Below are positions 46,654 to 55,791 of a stretch of 64,000 nt of DNA, in pieces. The stretch's first letter is position 1; each line of letters opens with the position of its first letter. Below the pieces are notes generated by a model. It had not been told where the DNA came from. It did not search any database and saw nothing but the letters and a program-made list of their open reading frames with translations. The translations under genes were made by a program, and so were the position numbers. Source of the DNA: Bryobacterales bacterium (GTDB lineage: Bacteria > Acidobacteriota > Terriglobia > Bryobacterales > UBA6623); the NCBI GenBank assembly GCA_965207035.1, contig OZ242259.1, positions 742,475 to 806,474 on the forward strand, read 5' to 3'.

Positions 46654-48282
46654 ATGCATCGTCTAACGCGCACAATCACCCTACTGTTGTTACCTTTCGG
46701 TCTTGTTTGGGCGAATTCTCCGAACATCGTGTACATCATGGCCGACGATCTCGGTATCGGGGACGTCAAGTGCTATGGCGGTGATCGCTGCAAGATAGAG
46801 ACTCCGGCGCTCGACTCACTGGCCCGGGAGGGCATGCTATTCAGTGACGCCCACGCGGTTGCGTCGGTCTGTGTCCCATCCCGTATCGGCATCATGACCG
46901 GGCGATACGCGTGGCGTTTCGCTAAACCCGCAACAAGCGGTCCGTGGGGCTTCCTCAATCCGCAATTGCCTGTCGGCGCATTCACAATCGGATCGATGCT
47001 GCAGGGCGCCGGGTACCGGACAGGCTATGTCGGCAAGTGGCATCTCGGAACGGTGATGCAGACGACCGACGGCCTGAACCAAGGTCCGGACAACGTCGAT
47101 TACGACCTTCCCCTGGAAGTCGGCCCCAACGACTACGGATTCGACTATTCGTTCGTCCTTCCAGGCTCACTCGACATGTACCCTTACGTGTTCGCCAAGA
47201 ACGGACATTTCCAAGGCAGGGTCACGGCGCGGAAAGGCTGGAGCGCATTCAACCGCGTCGGCCCGGCGGCAGAAGACTTCGAGGATTACAAGGTCTTGGA
47301 CGATTTCGCGCGGGAGGCAGAGGGGTTCGTCGAGCGCAATGCCGAACAGGCGCGGAATGGCAAGCCGTTTTTCTTGTATGTCGCGCTTACCTCCCCGCAT
47401 ACCCCGACCAGCCCGAGCCCGGCGTTTGAGGGGACAAGTGATCTGGGCCTATACGGAGACTTCGTGCGGGAGACGGACGCGACGGTCGGACGAGTCCTAG
47501 ACGCCATCGATGCCAATGGCTTGACCGAGAGCACTCTCGTGATTGCCACGTCCGATCACGGGGCGGCTCCTTACGCCGGCAACAAGCGGGCTGCGATACC
47601 GGGGCTGATCCGCGAACTCGAGAAACTTGGCCACTATTCCAGGGGGATTTACCGCGGGTACAAGTTCACCGTTTTCGAAGGGGGCCTTCGCGTGCCGCTC
47701 CTTGTACGCTGGCCCGGAACCGTGGACGCCGGCTCGCGCTGCGATCGACTTGTCGGGCTGATCGACATTTCAGCGACTCTTGCTGACATCACGGGCGTCG
47801 AGTTGAATACCGACGAGGCTCCCGACTCAATCAGTTTCGCGGCGCTGCTGGAAGACCCGAGGGGCGCCGCGCCAAGAGTGAGTCTCGTTATGCAATCGCC
47901 CCTCGCATTTGCCCTGCGGCACGAGCGGTGGAAGCTCGCTCTAACCCCAGCCAGCGGATCTCGCGGGCTATGGGGAACTCGGCCCGAACCTGAGCAGGCA
48001 TGGAAAGGTGCGCTTGAGAAATTCGGGTCACGGCCATCCGAAACCGATCTCCGCAAGGCGCCGTTCGTGCAGTTGTTCGATCTGGAGTCGGACGTGAGGG
48101 AATCAACGAACCTCGCCTTCGAGCGACCGGAGATTGCAGAACGGCTAGCGCACATCCTCGATGCAACCATCGAGAGAGGGCGCAGCACGCCGGGACCTGC
48201 CCTGCGCAACGACGTGCCAACGGTCGGTCTCCACCGCAATGCGCGACCATGGCTCGAGACATTCGTCGGCGAGCCCCAGTGA
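46654..48282 (+). CDS. Sulfatase (Cys-type)
   Basis: ATG 46654 gives the signal peptide MHRLTRTITLLLLPFGLVWA. Motifs are IMADDLGIGD and the active-site CVPSRIGIMTGRY. Confidence 0.9.
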   Translation: MHRLTRTITLLLLPFGLVWANSPNIVYIMADDLGIGDVKCYGGDRCKIETPALDSLAREGMLFSDAHAVASVCVPSRIGIMTGRYAWRFAKPATSGPWGFLNPQLPVGAFTIGSMLQGAGYRTGYVGKWHLGTVMQTTDGLNQGPDNVDYDLPLEVGPNDYGFDYSFVLPGSLDMYPYVFAKNGHFQGRVTARKGWSAFNRVGPAAEDFEDYKVLDDFAREAEGFVERNAEQARNGKPFFLYVALTSPHTPTSPSPAFEGTSDLGLYGDFVRETDATVGRVLDAIDANGLTESTLVIATSDHGAAPYAGNKRAAIPGLIRELEKLGHYSRGIYRGYKFTVFEGGLRVPLLVRWPGTVDAGSRCDRLVGLIDISATLADITGVELNTDEAPDSISFAALLEDPRGAAPRVSLVMQSPLAFALRHERWKLALTPASGSRGLWGTRPEPEQAWKGALEKFGSRPSETDLRKAPFVQLFDLESDVRESTNLAFERPEIAERLAHILDATIERGRSTPGPALRNDVPTVGLHRNARPWLETFVGEPQ

Positions 48283-48467
48283 TGGCGCTTGGAGCCAGTT
48301 ACCCTGGCAGTGCAGACTGGCAATTCCCGCCAGCAACGCCAACTTGGCTCCGTGATCCCGGCCCGAACCTTGATCCGTGCTCAGGCACGGGGCTGGAGCT
48401 CTTGGCATGACGGGCGATCCGAATCGACCTCCGCAAGTCTCCGGTTCGTAGTCTCGCAGGCCGCTGT

Positions 48468-49063
48468 ATGCGTACGTACTCGCACGCAATCCAAACGGCT
48501 TGGCTGTGGCGAGCGCTCAATGAGCGTGGCAGGGGCGCTTCGTTCTCGGTTGTTCTCGGTTCGTTCATGCCCGACGTCCCGCTGATCCTGCTAACCGCCT
48601 GGTATGCGGTGGCCGGGCGCTCCGAGAGCGGGGCCGGACAGCCATTGTTTGGACCAGAGTACGACGCCCTCTTCTTTGGAGGCCCGGTATGGATCGTTGG
48701 ACACAATCCGATGCATGCACCCATCCGGACCCTGATGGCATTGGCGTTGGCTGGACACTCGGGGAATCCTCAGGTGGAAGAGCTTGGACGGTTCTCTCCT
48801 GGTTCGCGGTCGGGTGTGGGATCCACTCCGTTATCGACATCGTTACGCATCACCACGACGGACCACTGCTGCTGTTTCCATTCAATCTCAACCTTCGATT
48901 CGCAAGTCCGCTCAGCTACTGGGACCTGCGCTATCACGGCCAAGCGGTGATGCTGCTTGAGCACGGGCTGGACATGGCCGCAGTCATCGCCATGCTGAGA
49001 ACGCGGGCTGTTCGCTGGGCGCGGCGCTTGCGCTTGAGTCTCCCGTCCGGTCAGACTGACTGA
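48468..49063 (+). pseudogene. Membrane metal-dependent-hydrolase-like protein, apparently frameshifted
   Basis: Frame A (48468-) reads as a membrane protein up to ...IRTLMALALAGH and then as junk. Frame B reads as junk up to about 48780 and then RAWTVLSWFAVGCGIHSVIDIVTHHHDGPLLLFPF... to the stop at 49063. This is consistent with a 1-nt indel near 48745-48785. The family assignment is tentative. Confidence 0.4.
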
Positions 49064-49109
49064 CAGGGCTGCCATCCTGGCAGGTCGCGCATCGTGGAGG
49101 CAACAGCAA

Positions 49110-50063
49110 ATGGACACTAGGGAATCGGCCAGCGTGCACACTCGTAGGGAGATTCTCGGCTGCGGAGGCGTAGCAGCGGCAACTCTCGCTGGATGCAGCC
49201 CGACCGGGACAGAAGTGCAAGAGGAGTGGACCCGGGCGGTCAACGGCCGGATTCGCCAGTCGGTATGCTTCTGGTGCTTCGAGAGTTCGGAGTGGGCGTG
49301 GGATCTAGACACGCTTGCTGCCCATGCGGCCTCGCTCGGCCTTGAGAGCGTCGAATTGCTTGCGCCGGAGCAGTGGCCAACAGTCAAGAAGCACGGCTTG
49401 ACATGTGCCATTGCTGGGAATGGAGTCCCGGCCCCACCATTCGTGAAGGGGCTGAACAATCCTCGTTATCAAGCAGATGTCGTTGAAGCTACGAAGGCGA
49501 CGATGGATGCTTGCGCCCAAGAAGGCATCCCAAGCGTGATCGCTTTCACTGGCTACAAGTGGACCGATGCCGAAGATCCGCAAAGCGGCGAAATCTCACG
49601 GGACGAGGGGGCTCGCAACACGATCGCTGGCCTGAAGGAACTGGCAGCGTATGGGGAGGAAAAGGGTGTCACGGTGTGTTTGGAAATGCTCAACACCCGA
49701 GACGGCACTCATCCGATGAAGGGCCATCCCGGCTACCAGGGGGATGATATCGACTATTGTGCGGATATCATCAGGGAGGTCGGATCCCCCCGAGCCAAAC
49801 TGCTCTTCGACATCTATCACGTTCAAATCATGAATGGGGACGTCATTCGGCGTATCCGTTCGATGCACGATTTGATTGGCCACGTTCACACCGCAGGTAA
49901 CCCCGGAAGGAACGAACTGCACTTGAAGCAGGAGATTCACTATCCGTCCGTGATGGATGCGCTTGTTGAGGTTGGGTACGAGGGCTTCGTTGGCCAAGAG
50001 TTTATCCCGACGCAGGACCCACTCGACTCCCTGGCACGAGCAGTTAGACTCTGCGACGTTTGA
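49110..50063 (+). CDS. Hydroxypyruvate isomerase-like TIM-barrel protein with Tat/lipoprotein leader
   Basis: GGAGG lies 11 nt upstream. The leader MDTRESASVHTRREILGCGGVAAATLAGCS has a twin-arginine motif plus an LAGC lipobox. The remainder is a xylose-isomerase-like TIM barrel. Confidence 0.8.
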   Translation: MDTRESASVHTRREILGCGGVAAATLAGCSPTGTEVQEEWTRAVNGRIRQSVCFWCFESSEWAWDLDTLAAHAASLGLESVELLAPEQWPTVKKHGLTCAIAGNGVPAPPFVKGLNNPRYQADVVEATKATMDACAQEGIPSVIAFTGYKWTDAEDPQSGEISRDEGARNTIAGLKELAAYGEEKGVTVCLEMLNTRDGTHPMKGHPGYQGDDIDYCADIIREVGSPRAKLLFDIYHVQIMNGDVIRRIRSMHDLIGHVHTAGNPGRNELHLKQEIHYPSVMDALVEVGYEGFVGQEFIPTQDPLDSLARAVRLCDV

Positions 50064-50140
50064 GAGCGCGGCGCGTTCAATCGCCTTTGTGACGGCCGTT
50101 ACGATACTCGCTACCATCGGAGGAACGGGTTCGCATCGCA

Positions 50141-51166
50141 ATGGCCACCAAGACTAGGGTCGGCATCGTCGGCTTCACGGGATACAGCGGCGCAGAGCTT
50201 CTGCGGATCCTGAAGACCCATCCACGTGCCGAGCCGGTGCTGCTTGAGCATCGCTCTGTCGCCGACACGGAATTGCCGCTCGGGGAGAACACTCCTCGCG
50301 TTCCTTTTCGGCCTGAGAGCTTGCGGGACGAAGGCATCAAGGTGGTGTTCCTTGCGACGTCCCTCCAGGTGTCAATGGAAGCTGCCCCCATGGTGCTTGA
50401 AGCCAATGCCCGTTGCATTGACCTAAGCGCCGCGTTTCGATTGCGCACCACCGCAAACTACAACCGCTGGTACAGGGTCGAGCACACCTGTCCAGAACTG
50501 CTGGCGGACGCCGCGTACGGACTTCCGGAATTCTTTCGCCAAGTGGTCAAGATTTCTACGCTCGTCGCGAATCCGGGCTGCTATCCCACAGCCGTAAGTC
50601 TCGCCGTGCGGCCTCTGATCGTGGAAGCGATTCTTGACAGGTCGGCGGGGGTGATCTGCGATGCCAAGTCCGGAGTGAGCGGGGCAGGTCGCAAACCTGC
50701 GCTAAAGACTCATTTTTGTGAGGTCACGGAGAACCTGTCGGCGTACGGGGTGCTCTTCCATCGGCACGTGCCCGAAATCCTACACACGACGGATGTGGAC
50801 GAGCATGAACTGAGTTTCACCGCGCAACTCCTTCCCGTGCATCGAGGCATTCTCGAGACGATCTATGTGCGTACGGAAGACTCGATCCAGTGGTCAGATC
50901 TCTTGGCCGTTTACGAAAAGTACTACCGGGACGAGCCGTTCGTGCGCTTGTATCCGGAAGGGCGCCTTCCGGATCTCCGGGGCGTATGCGGTACAAATTT
51001 CTGCGATATCGGCTTCCACGTCGATCCGCCCAGTAGGCGCGTCGTCATCGTGGCTGCAATTGACAACCTGGTGAAAGGCGCTGCCGGGCAAGCTGTGCAG
51101 AACATGAATCTGTTGCTGGAGTGTCCTGAGACTGCCGGCTTGCTGGACGGTGAGGCCTGCGCATGA
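50141..51166 (+). CDS. argC: N-acetyl-gamma-glutamyl-phosphate reductase
   Basis: VGIVGFTGYSGAELLRIL, the active-site NPGCYPTA and 341 aa. Confidence 0.95.
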   Translation: MATKTRVGIVGFTGYSGAELLRILKTHPRAEPVLLEHRSVADTELPLGENTPRVPFRPESLRDEGIKVVFLATSLQVSMEAAPMVLEANARCIDLSAAFRLRTTANYNRWYRVEHTCPELLADAAYGLPEFFRQVVKISTLVANPGCYPTAVSLAVRPLIVEAILDRSAGVICDAKSGVSGAGRKPALKTHFCEVTENLSAYGVLFHRHVPEILHTTDVDEHELSFTAQLLPVHRGILETIYVRTEDSIQWSDLLAVYEKYYRDEPFVRLYPEGRLPDLRGVCGTNFCDIGFHVDPPSRRVVIVAAIDNLVKGAAGQAVQNMNLLLECPETAGLLDGEACA

Positions 51167-51933
51167 GGCTCCTCGTCAAGCTCGGCGGTACGCTGCTCGA
51201 GACTGCCGAGCGCCGTATTTCGCTCGGAGTTCAACTGAAAAGGCTGCTCGGTGAAGGGCACGAGGTCGTGGTGGTCCACGGCGGAGGGAAGCGGCTCAGC
51301 CGGTACCTTGGGGGCTTGGACCACGAAAGCGAATTCATTCGGGGCCTTCGTGTAACACCTCCCGAGATTCTCGACGCAGTGCTGCGTGTTCTGGCCGGAT
51401 CGGTTAATCGGCAGCTTGTCGCCGATTTCCAAGCCGCTGGCCTTCAGGGCGTGGGCCTCACTGGCATTGATGCCGGCTGCGTGCAGGCCTCTCAGCTCGA
51501 TCCACGGCTTGGCCAGGTGGGCAAGGTCGAGCGAGTCGATCCTACATTGCTCAATCGCCTCACCGGAGACGGGTACCTACCCACGGTCGCGTGCATCGCC
51601 GGCGGAGATGCCGGGGCAATCTACAATGTCAACGCTGACCAAATGGCTGCTGCTTGCGCAGCTGCCCTCAGGGTGGACCGCTTGGTGTTTCTGACCGATG
51701 TCGGTGGTGTTCTCGACGCCGGCGGACAGGTGATCGAGAGACTGGAGTCCACAGACGCTCGGTCTCTGATCGACGGCAAGATCGCGATCGGCGGCATGGA
51801 AGCCAAGCTAACGGCGGCGATCGATGCGATCCGCCTGGGCATTCAACGAGTCTCGATCGTCAATGGCCACGAGGCCGACATTCTTGCCCGCACCCTCAAT
51901 GGAACCGGTGCGGGTACGGAACTTCGCGCTTAA
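51163..51933 (+). CDS. argB: Acetylglutamate kinase
   Basis: LVKLGGTLLE, VVVHGGG and the amino-acid kinase fold. ATGA overlap with argC. Confidence 0.95.
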   Translation: MRLLVKLGGTLLETAERRISLGVQLKRLLGEGHEVVVVHGGGKRLSRYLGGLDHESEFIRGLRVTPPEILDAVLRVLAGSVNRQLVADFQAAGLQGVGLTGIDAGCVQASQLDPRLGQVGKVERVDPTLLNRLTGDGYLPTVACIAGGDAGAIYNVNADQMAAACAAALRVDRLVFLTDVGGVLDAGGQVIERLESTDARSLIDGKIAIGGMEAKLTAAIDAIRLGIQRVSIVNGHEADILARTLNGTGAGTELRA

Positions 51934-51958
51934 GGCCGTCCCCCACGCCATTACCAAG

Positions 51959-52783
51959 TCAACCGATGGCAAGAGCCAAGTTGCGGTAGGCGAAGTAAAA
52001 CGCTGCGACGGTGAGGGTGACCACACCGATCGAGGCACCCTTCCAAACCGATTCTCTTCCCGGGTCTTGGCCGGGCGTACCGCAGAAGTAGCCGAATGCC
52101 AATCCTGCCGCCAGCCCTCCCAAGTGGGCAGCATTGTCGATGTTTGGGAAGAGAAACCCAAAAATCGCGATCGCGATGATCCAACGCTTCGCTACCGACT
52201 GCAGGTGCGAGTTGAAGTTCCTGCGGCTGAAACCATACATCGCGCCGATGAGGCCGCAAATTGATGCCGACGCCCCGATGGACAGCCCGTCCGACCACAT
52301 TGTGCTGGCGACGAATCCGCAACAACCCGTTGCGAGGTATAACACGAGGAATCTCGAGGTCCCGAACATGTCCTCAGCGATTGGCCCGAGGTTGTACAGC
52401 GACATCATGTTGAACGCGAGATGCATCAGACCGCCGTGGAGAAAGTTCGCCGTGAGCAGCCTCCACCATTCCCCGTAGAGCAGGATCGAGAGCCTGAACT
52501 TGCCTCCCATCATCAGCAATACCTGCCCGTCGATGTTGGCGAGCATGCCAGTCTCGCCGGCCAATCGGATCGTCAGAATCAGGGACGTAACGAACAGCGC
52601 CGCATTGATCAGCAGGAGAATGATGGTGGTGAAGCCGACTTGTGAGCCGGCCATGCTCATCCGCTCTTCTCGACGGAGTCGGCTTGCCGCGGTCATCGGC
52701 AGTGCGTTCCCGCAATACTGGCAAGTCTTGTCCTTGCTGTCGATGAACGCCCTGCAATGCGGGCACATTCGCGGCTTTGACAT
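51959..52783 (-). CDS. Rhomboid family protease with N-terminal zinc-ribbon
   Basis: N-terminal CPHC...CQYCG (4-Cys ribbon). Rhomboid motifs are NFLHGGLMHLAFNMMSLYNLG, GASASICGLIG (Ser) and AAHLGGLAAG (His). Confidence 0.85.
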   Translation of the reverse strand: MSKPRMCPHCRAFIDSKDKTCQYCGNALPMTAASRLRREERMSMAGSQVGFTTIILLLINAALFVTSLILTIRLAGETGMLANIDGQVLLMMGGKFRLSILLYGEWWRLLTANFLHGGLMHLAFNMMSLYNLGPIAEDMFGTSRFLVLYLATGCCGFVASTMWSDGLSIGASASICGLIGAMYGFSRRNFNSHLQSVAKRWIIAIAIFGFLFPNIDNAAHLGGLAAGLAFGYFCGTPGQDPGRESVWKGASIGVVTLTVAAFYFAYRNLALAIG

Positions 52784-53108
52784 GGGCGACCTTTCATCTT
52801 GGGCTGACTGCAGCGGGAATGCAACAGCGGCACGACCGGGCTGGCAAGTGTTCCAAGGGATCCCTGGATGTAGCAGCGCCTTGGTGGGCTCGCCAATCCC
52901 GCACGGAAGGGTTGCCTTCCGGCCACTGGCCTTGATGTCAAGCCCGCCGAGAGGCGATGCGTTAAGCGACCTGCGGACAGCAATCGCCGACTGGAGTGGC
53001 GCAAGCCGTTTCAGTTACCACGGCGGTCCGTTTGGTCAATCGCTATGGTGGCGTCGGCCAGTCCAATCGACCCTGCCATCGCCGCGAATTGGCAGGCCGG
53101 GCCGGCCG

Positions 53109-53780
53109 CTAGGATTTGCTGTCGATCCGTTGGAACAGGATGACCCTTTGGCCCATCATCGGCCGCCCAAAGCGCTGGGCTGGCTCAAACTTGCTGGTCA
53201 GCAGGGCACTGGCCAGTTCTCCGCGCATTCGTCCGTCCAGTGGTCCGCCGTATTCGACACGGAAATCGTAAACACCACCTCGTTTATCTATAAACGCCAA
53301 TACGGTGTAGTCTCTCGCGACTGGGTACGGCGAGGGCAGCGTCATGAATGGTGCGGTGACCAGTGGCCTCGCCAGGAAACGTAGCGGAACGTCGTCGGCG
53401 CTCGCCGTCGGCTCCGCCCAGAATGCGGAGAGCATTGCCGGCACGAGCACCAAGGCGACCAGCAAGCCTCCTACAGCTGGCACCGCGACTGGCCGCACCA
53501 GATTCGATAGCCGGATCTTGAGCCTTCGCAATGCGATGCCTGGATCTCGACGTTTCTGGGCTTCAATCGAGAACGCGCTGAGGATCCGAAATTCAAGGCT
53601 GGCTGGAGGCATCGGATCGGGCACGGCACGGAGCCATCCGCCGAGCGTTTCGGATTCCTCGTAGTGAGAGTGGCACTTGGCGCAATAGGAGAGGTGAAAG
53701 CGCACGAAAGCCTTCTCCAGAAAGCCAAGTTCGAAGTCGATGTACCGACCAATTCTTTGTCTTGCCCAATTGCAATGCAT
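53109..53780 (-). CDS. Anti-sigma factor (zf-HC2) with TM segment and TonB-C-like periplasmic domain
   Basis: MHCNWARQRIGRYIDFELG...HLSYCAKCHSHYEE is a zf-HC2 pattern. The TM segment is VAVPAVGGLLVALVLVPAML. The C-terminal approximately 85 aa resemble a TonB C-terminal domain; this is an inference. ATG 53780 lies 4 nt after the sigma gene stop. Confidence 0.75.
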   Translation of the reverse strand: MHCNWARQRIGRYIDFELGFLEKAFVRFHLSYCAKCHSHYEESETLGGWLRAVPDPMPPASLEFRILSAFSIEAQKRRDPGIALRRLKIRLSNLVRPVAVPAVGGLLVALVLVPAMLSAFWAEPTASADDVPLRFLARPLVTAPFMTLPSPYPVARDYTVLAFIDKRGGVYDFRVEYGGPLDGRMRGELASALLTSKFEPAQRFGRPMMGQRVILFQRIDSKS

Positions 53781-53784
53781 TCTT

Positions 53785-54432
53785 CTACTCCGTTTGCCAG
53801 CTGTTGCTGCCCGACGCAAGTGCCGGTGCGTGTCGCAGCAGTTGACGCTTCAGTGCCTCGCGCCCGCGCATGATCCGGGACTTTACCGTTCCGAGAGAGA
53901 TGCCCAGGGTTTCGGCAATTTCGTTGTAGCTGAATCCTGAGATATCGCGGAGGACAACCGCTTCTCTTAACCGTGGATCGATCTCGCGCAACGCGGCATT
54001 CAAGATGTCGCGATGCTCACGCGCTTCGGTATGTTCGAATGGCCCCCTGCCGGGATGCGCCAATTGGTCGACGTACGCAATCGCCTGGCCATCCCGCACG
54101 GATGCGACCACCTCGCGCAACCGGTGTCTAGAGAACCATCGGCGCCGGTTGGACGACTCGTGCGCCGCGATCCGATAGATCCAGGTCTTGAGGGTGCAGT
54201 CCTCCCGGAAATCCCCGATCTTCCGGAAGACCTTCACGAAGATGTCTTGGGTGACGTCCTCCGCCTCCGATGGATCGTCGACCAGCCTCCAGACGTAGGC
54301 AAACACCGGCCCCTGATAGCGATCCAGAAGCTCGCGGTAACTCTCCGGGGTTTCACACTTGAGGCCGCGTACCAAAGCGGCGTCTGGATCCGTCACCGCC
54401 GGCAGGGATCGAAGGCGAGTTCCGCGGCTCAT
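53785..54432 (-). CDS. ECF-type RNA polymerase sigma-70 family factor
   Basis: The region 2 pattern is YRELLDRYQGPVFAYVWRLVDDPSEAEDVTQDIFVKV. The region 4 HTH is FSYNEIAETLGISLGTVKSRIMRGR. Confidence 0.9.
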   Translation of the reverse strand: MSRGTRLRSLPAVTDPDAALVRGLKCETPESYRELLDRYQGPVFAYVWRLVDDPSEAEDVTQDIFVKVFRKIGDFREDCTLKTWIYRIAAHESSNRRRWFSRHRLREVVASVRDGQAIAYVDQLAHPGRGPFEHTEAREHRDILNAALREIDPRLREAVVLRDISGFSYNEIAETLGISLGTVKSRIMRGREALKRQLLRHAPALASGSNSWQTE

Positions 54433-54793
54433 TAAACTGGTTGGCCAACATCAGCCTAGCACCACGTGACTGAGACTGGCTGATTGAATTGCCTTTCTTG
54501 GCCCTGCAGACACCGACGGCCCGTGATTTGTTCCCTTGCTCTCCAACATGTTTGGCAGGGAATCGAGAGCAAGACCCGACTTCATGGTCAGCCCTTCCAC
54601 CTCTCCGCGATCAGATCTGCCCCAAAAGGCCAAGAAGCAACTCTCAGCGTGTGCTACTCTCTCCAAACGGGCAGACGCGTATGTTGAGCAGGAATGTGTT
54701 CCGTTCGGGTGCCCTGCGTCCCCTAGGCTGTTCTTGGAGCTGTCTAGAAGATCGGCTGAATCCGGTTTCATAGATTCATTGAAGGCTTGAAGT

Positions 54794-55702
54794 ATGCCGG
54801 ATAATTTCTTGATTGGCATAGATTTAGGTGGAACCAAGATTGCCGCCGCTGTCTTTGGCATCGACGGCAAGCAACGTGGCAAGGTCGTGCGGCTGCCGAC
54901 CATGGCGCGCATGCAGCCGGCGGTGACCCTGACCAACATGAAGCGGGTCGTCAAGCAGGCCAAGTTGAGCGCTGGTGTCGCAGGCGCTCCCAAGGCCGTC
55001 GGCATGGGCAGCTCCGGCCCGCTTGACCAGAAAAATCGAGTCCTTCACGACCGTGACTCGCTTCCCAATCTGGTCGGGTTCAACATCGGGAAGTTCAGCC
55101 TAGAGGAGTTCGGCGCGCCGCTGTACCTTGAGAACGACGCGGCCTGCTTCGCCCTCGGCGAGGCGATCCACGGGGCCGGGCAGTCGAAGGAGATCGTCTT
55201 GGGAGTGACGCTCGGTACGGGATTCGGATGCGGGCTTGCCATCGGTAGCAAGATCTACACTGGCGCGACGAACAACGCGGGCGAAGTCGCGTATTGCCGA
55301 GTCGGGGGATCGGATTTCGACCATGCGTGCTCAGGACACGGCGTGGTTCGGCAGTACCGGCGAAATGTGGAGTCCCGACCGGGTGAGGGACTGACCGCGA
55401 AAGAGGTGGGCGACCTCGCCGAGCAAGGAGATCCGGCAGCCCTTCGCGCATGGGAAACCTATGGTCGCAATGTCGGCACCGCGATTGCCACGGTGTGCTG
55501 CGTTGTCGATCCAACCACAGTCGTGCTCGGGGGATCGATCAGCCAGAGACTGTCGCTGTTCCAAGATCCTCTGATGGAATCGGCGCGAGGCATCCTGCCC
55601 ACGACTTCGCGCGAGTCGTTCCGCCTAGAGCTTTCCAAGCTCGGTGCGGCTGCAGGCCTTACGGGCGCTGCCGAGTACGCTAGGCAGCAGGTTTCGGACT
55701 GA
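54794..55702 (+). CDS. ROK family glucokinase-like sugar kinase
   Basis: IGIDLGGTKIAAAV, ENDAACFALGEA and GVTLGTGFGCG are present. 302 aa, with no HTH. Confidence 0.85.
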   Translation: MPDNFLIGIDLGGTKIAAAVFGIDGKQRGKVVRLPTMARMQPAVTLTNMKRVVKQAKLSAGVAGAPKAVGMGSSGPLDQKNRVLHDRDSLPNLVGFNIGKFSLEEFGAPLYLENDAACFALGEAIHGAGQSKEIVLGVTLGTGFGCGLAIGSKIYTGATNNAGEVAYCRVGGSDFDHACSGHGVVRQYRRNVESRPGEGLTAKEVGDLAEQGDPAALRAWETYGRNVGTAIATVCCVVDPTTVVLGGSISQRLSLFQDPLMESARGILPTTSRESFRLELSKLGAAAGLTGAAEYARQQVSD

Positions 55703-55760
55703 TACCGGACCACCAGTGACCATGCACTGAGACGAGCGCGGCCGGGCGGCGTACCGCACG

Positions 55761-55769
55761 TGATATAGT
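55761..55769 (+). promoter_or_regulatory. Candidate extended -10 promoter element (TGATATAGT) upstream of ytxH-like gene
   Basis: TGnTATAGT lies 23 nt upstream of the ATG at 55792, with AGGAG between them. This rests on the sequence match only. Confidence 0.3.
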
Positions 55770-55791
55770 CGAAACAGGAGTCGCACTTGCA

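Noticed and set aside
52500-53384. 294-aa plus-strand ORF bridging the rhomboid and anti-sigma genes
   Set aside because: It is antisense to both flanking genes, with a Ser/Pro/Arg-rich composition.
54674-54702. ECF-type promoter GGAAC-N20-CGTC on the minus strand upstream of the sigma gene
   Set aside because: The spacer is about 3-4 nt longer than in known ECF promoters, and the site lies about 270 bp from the start codon.
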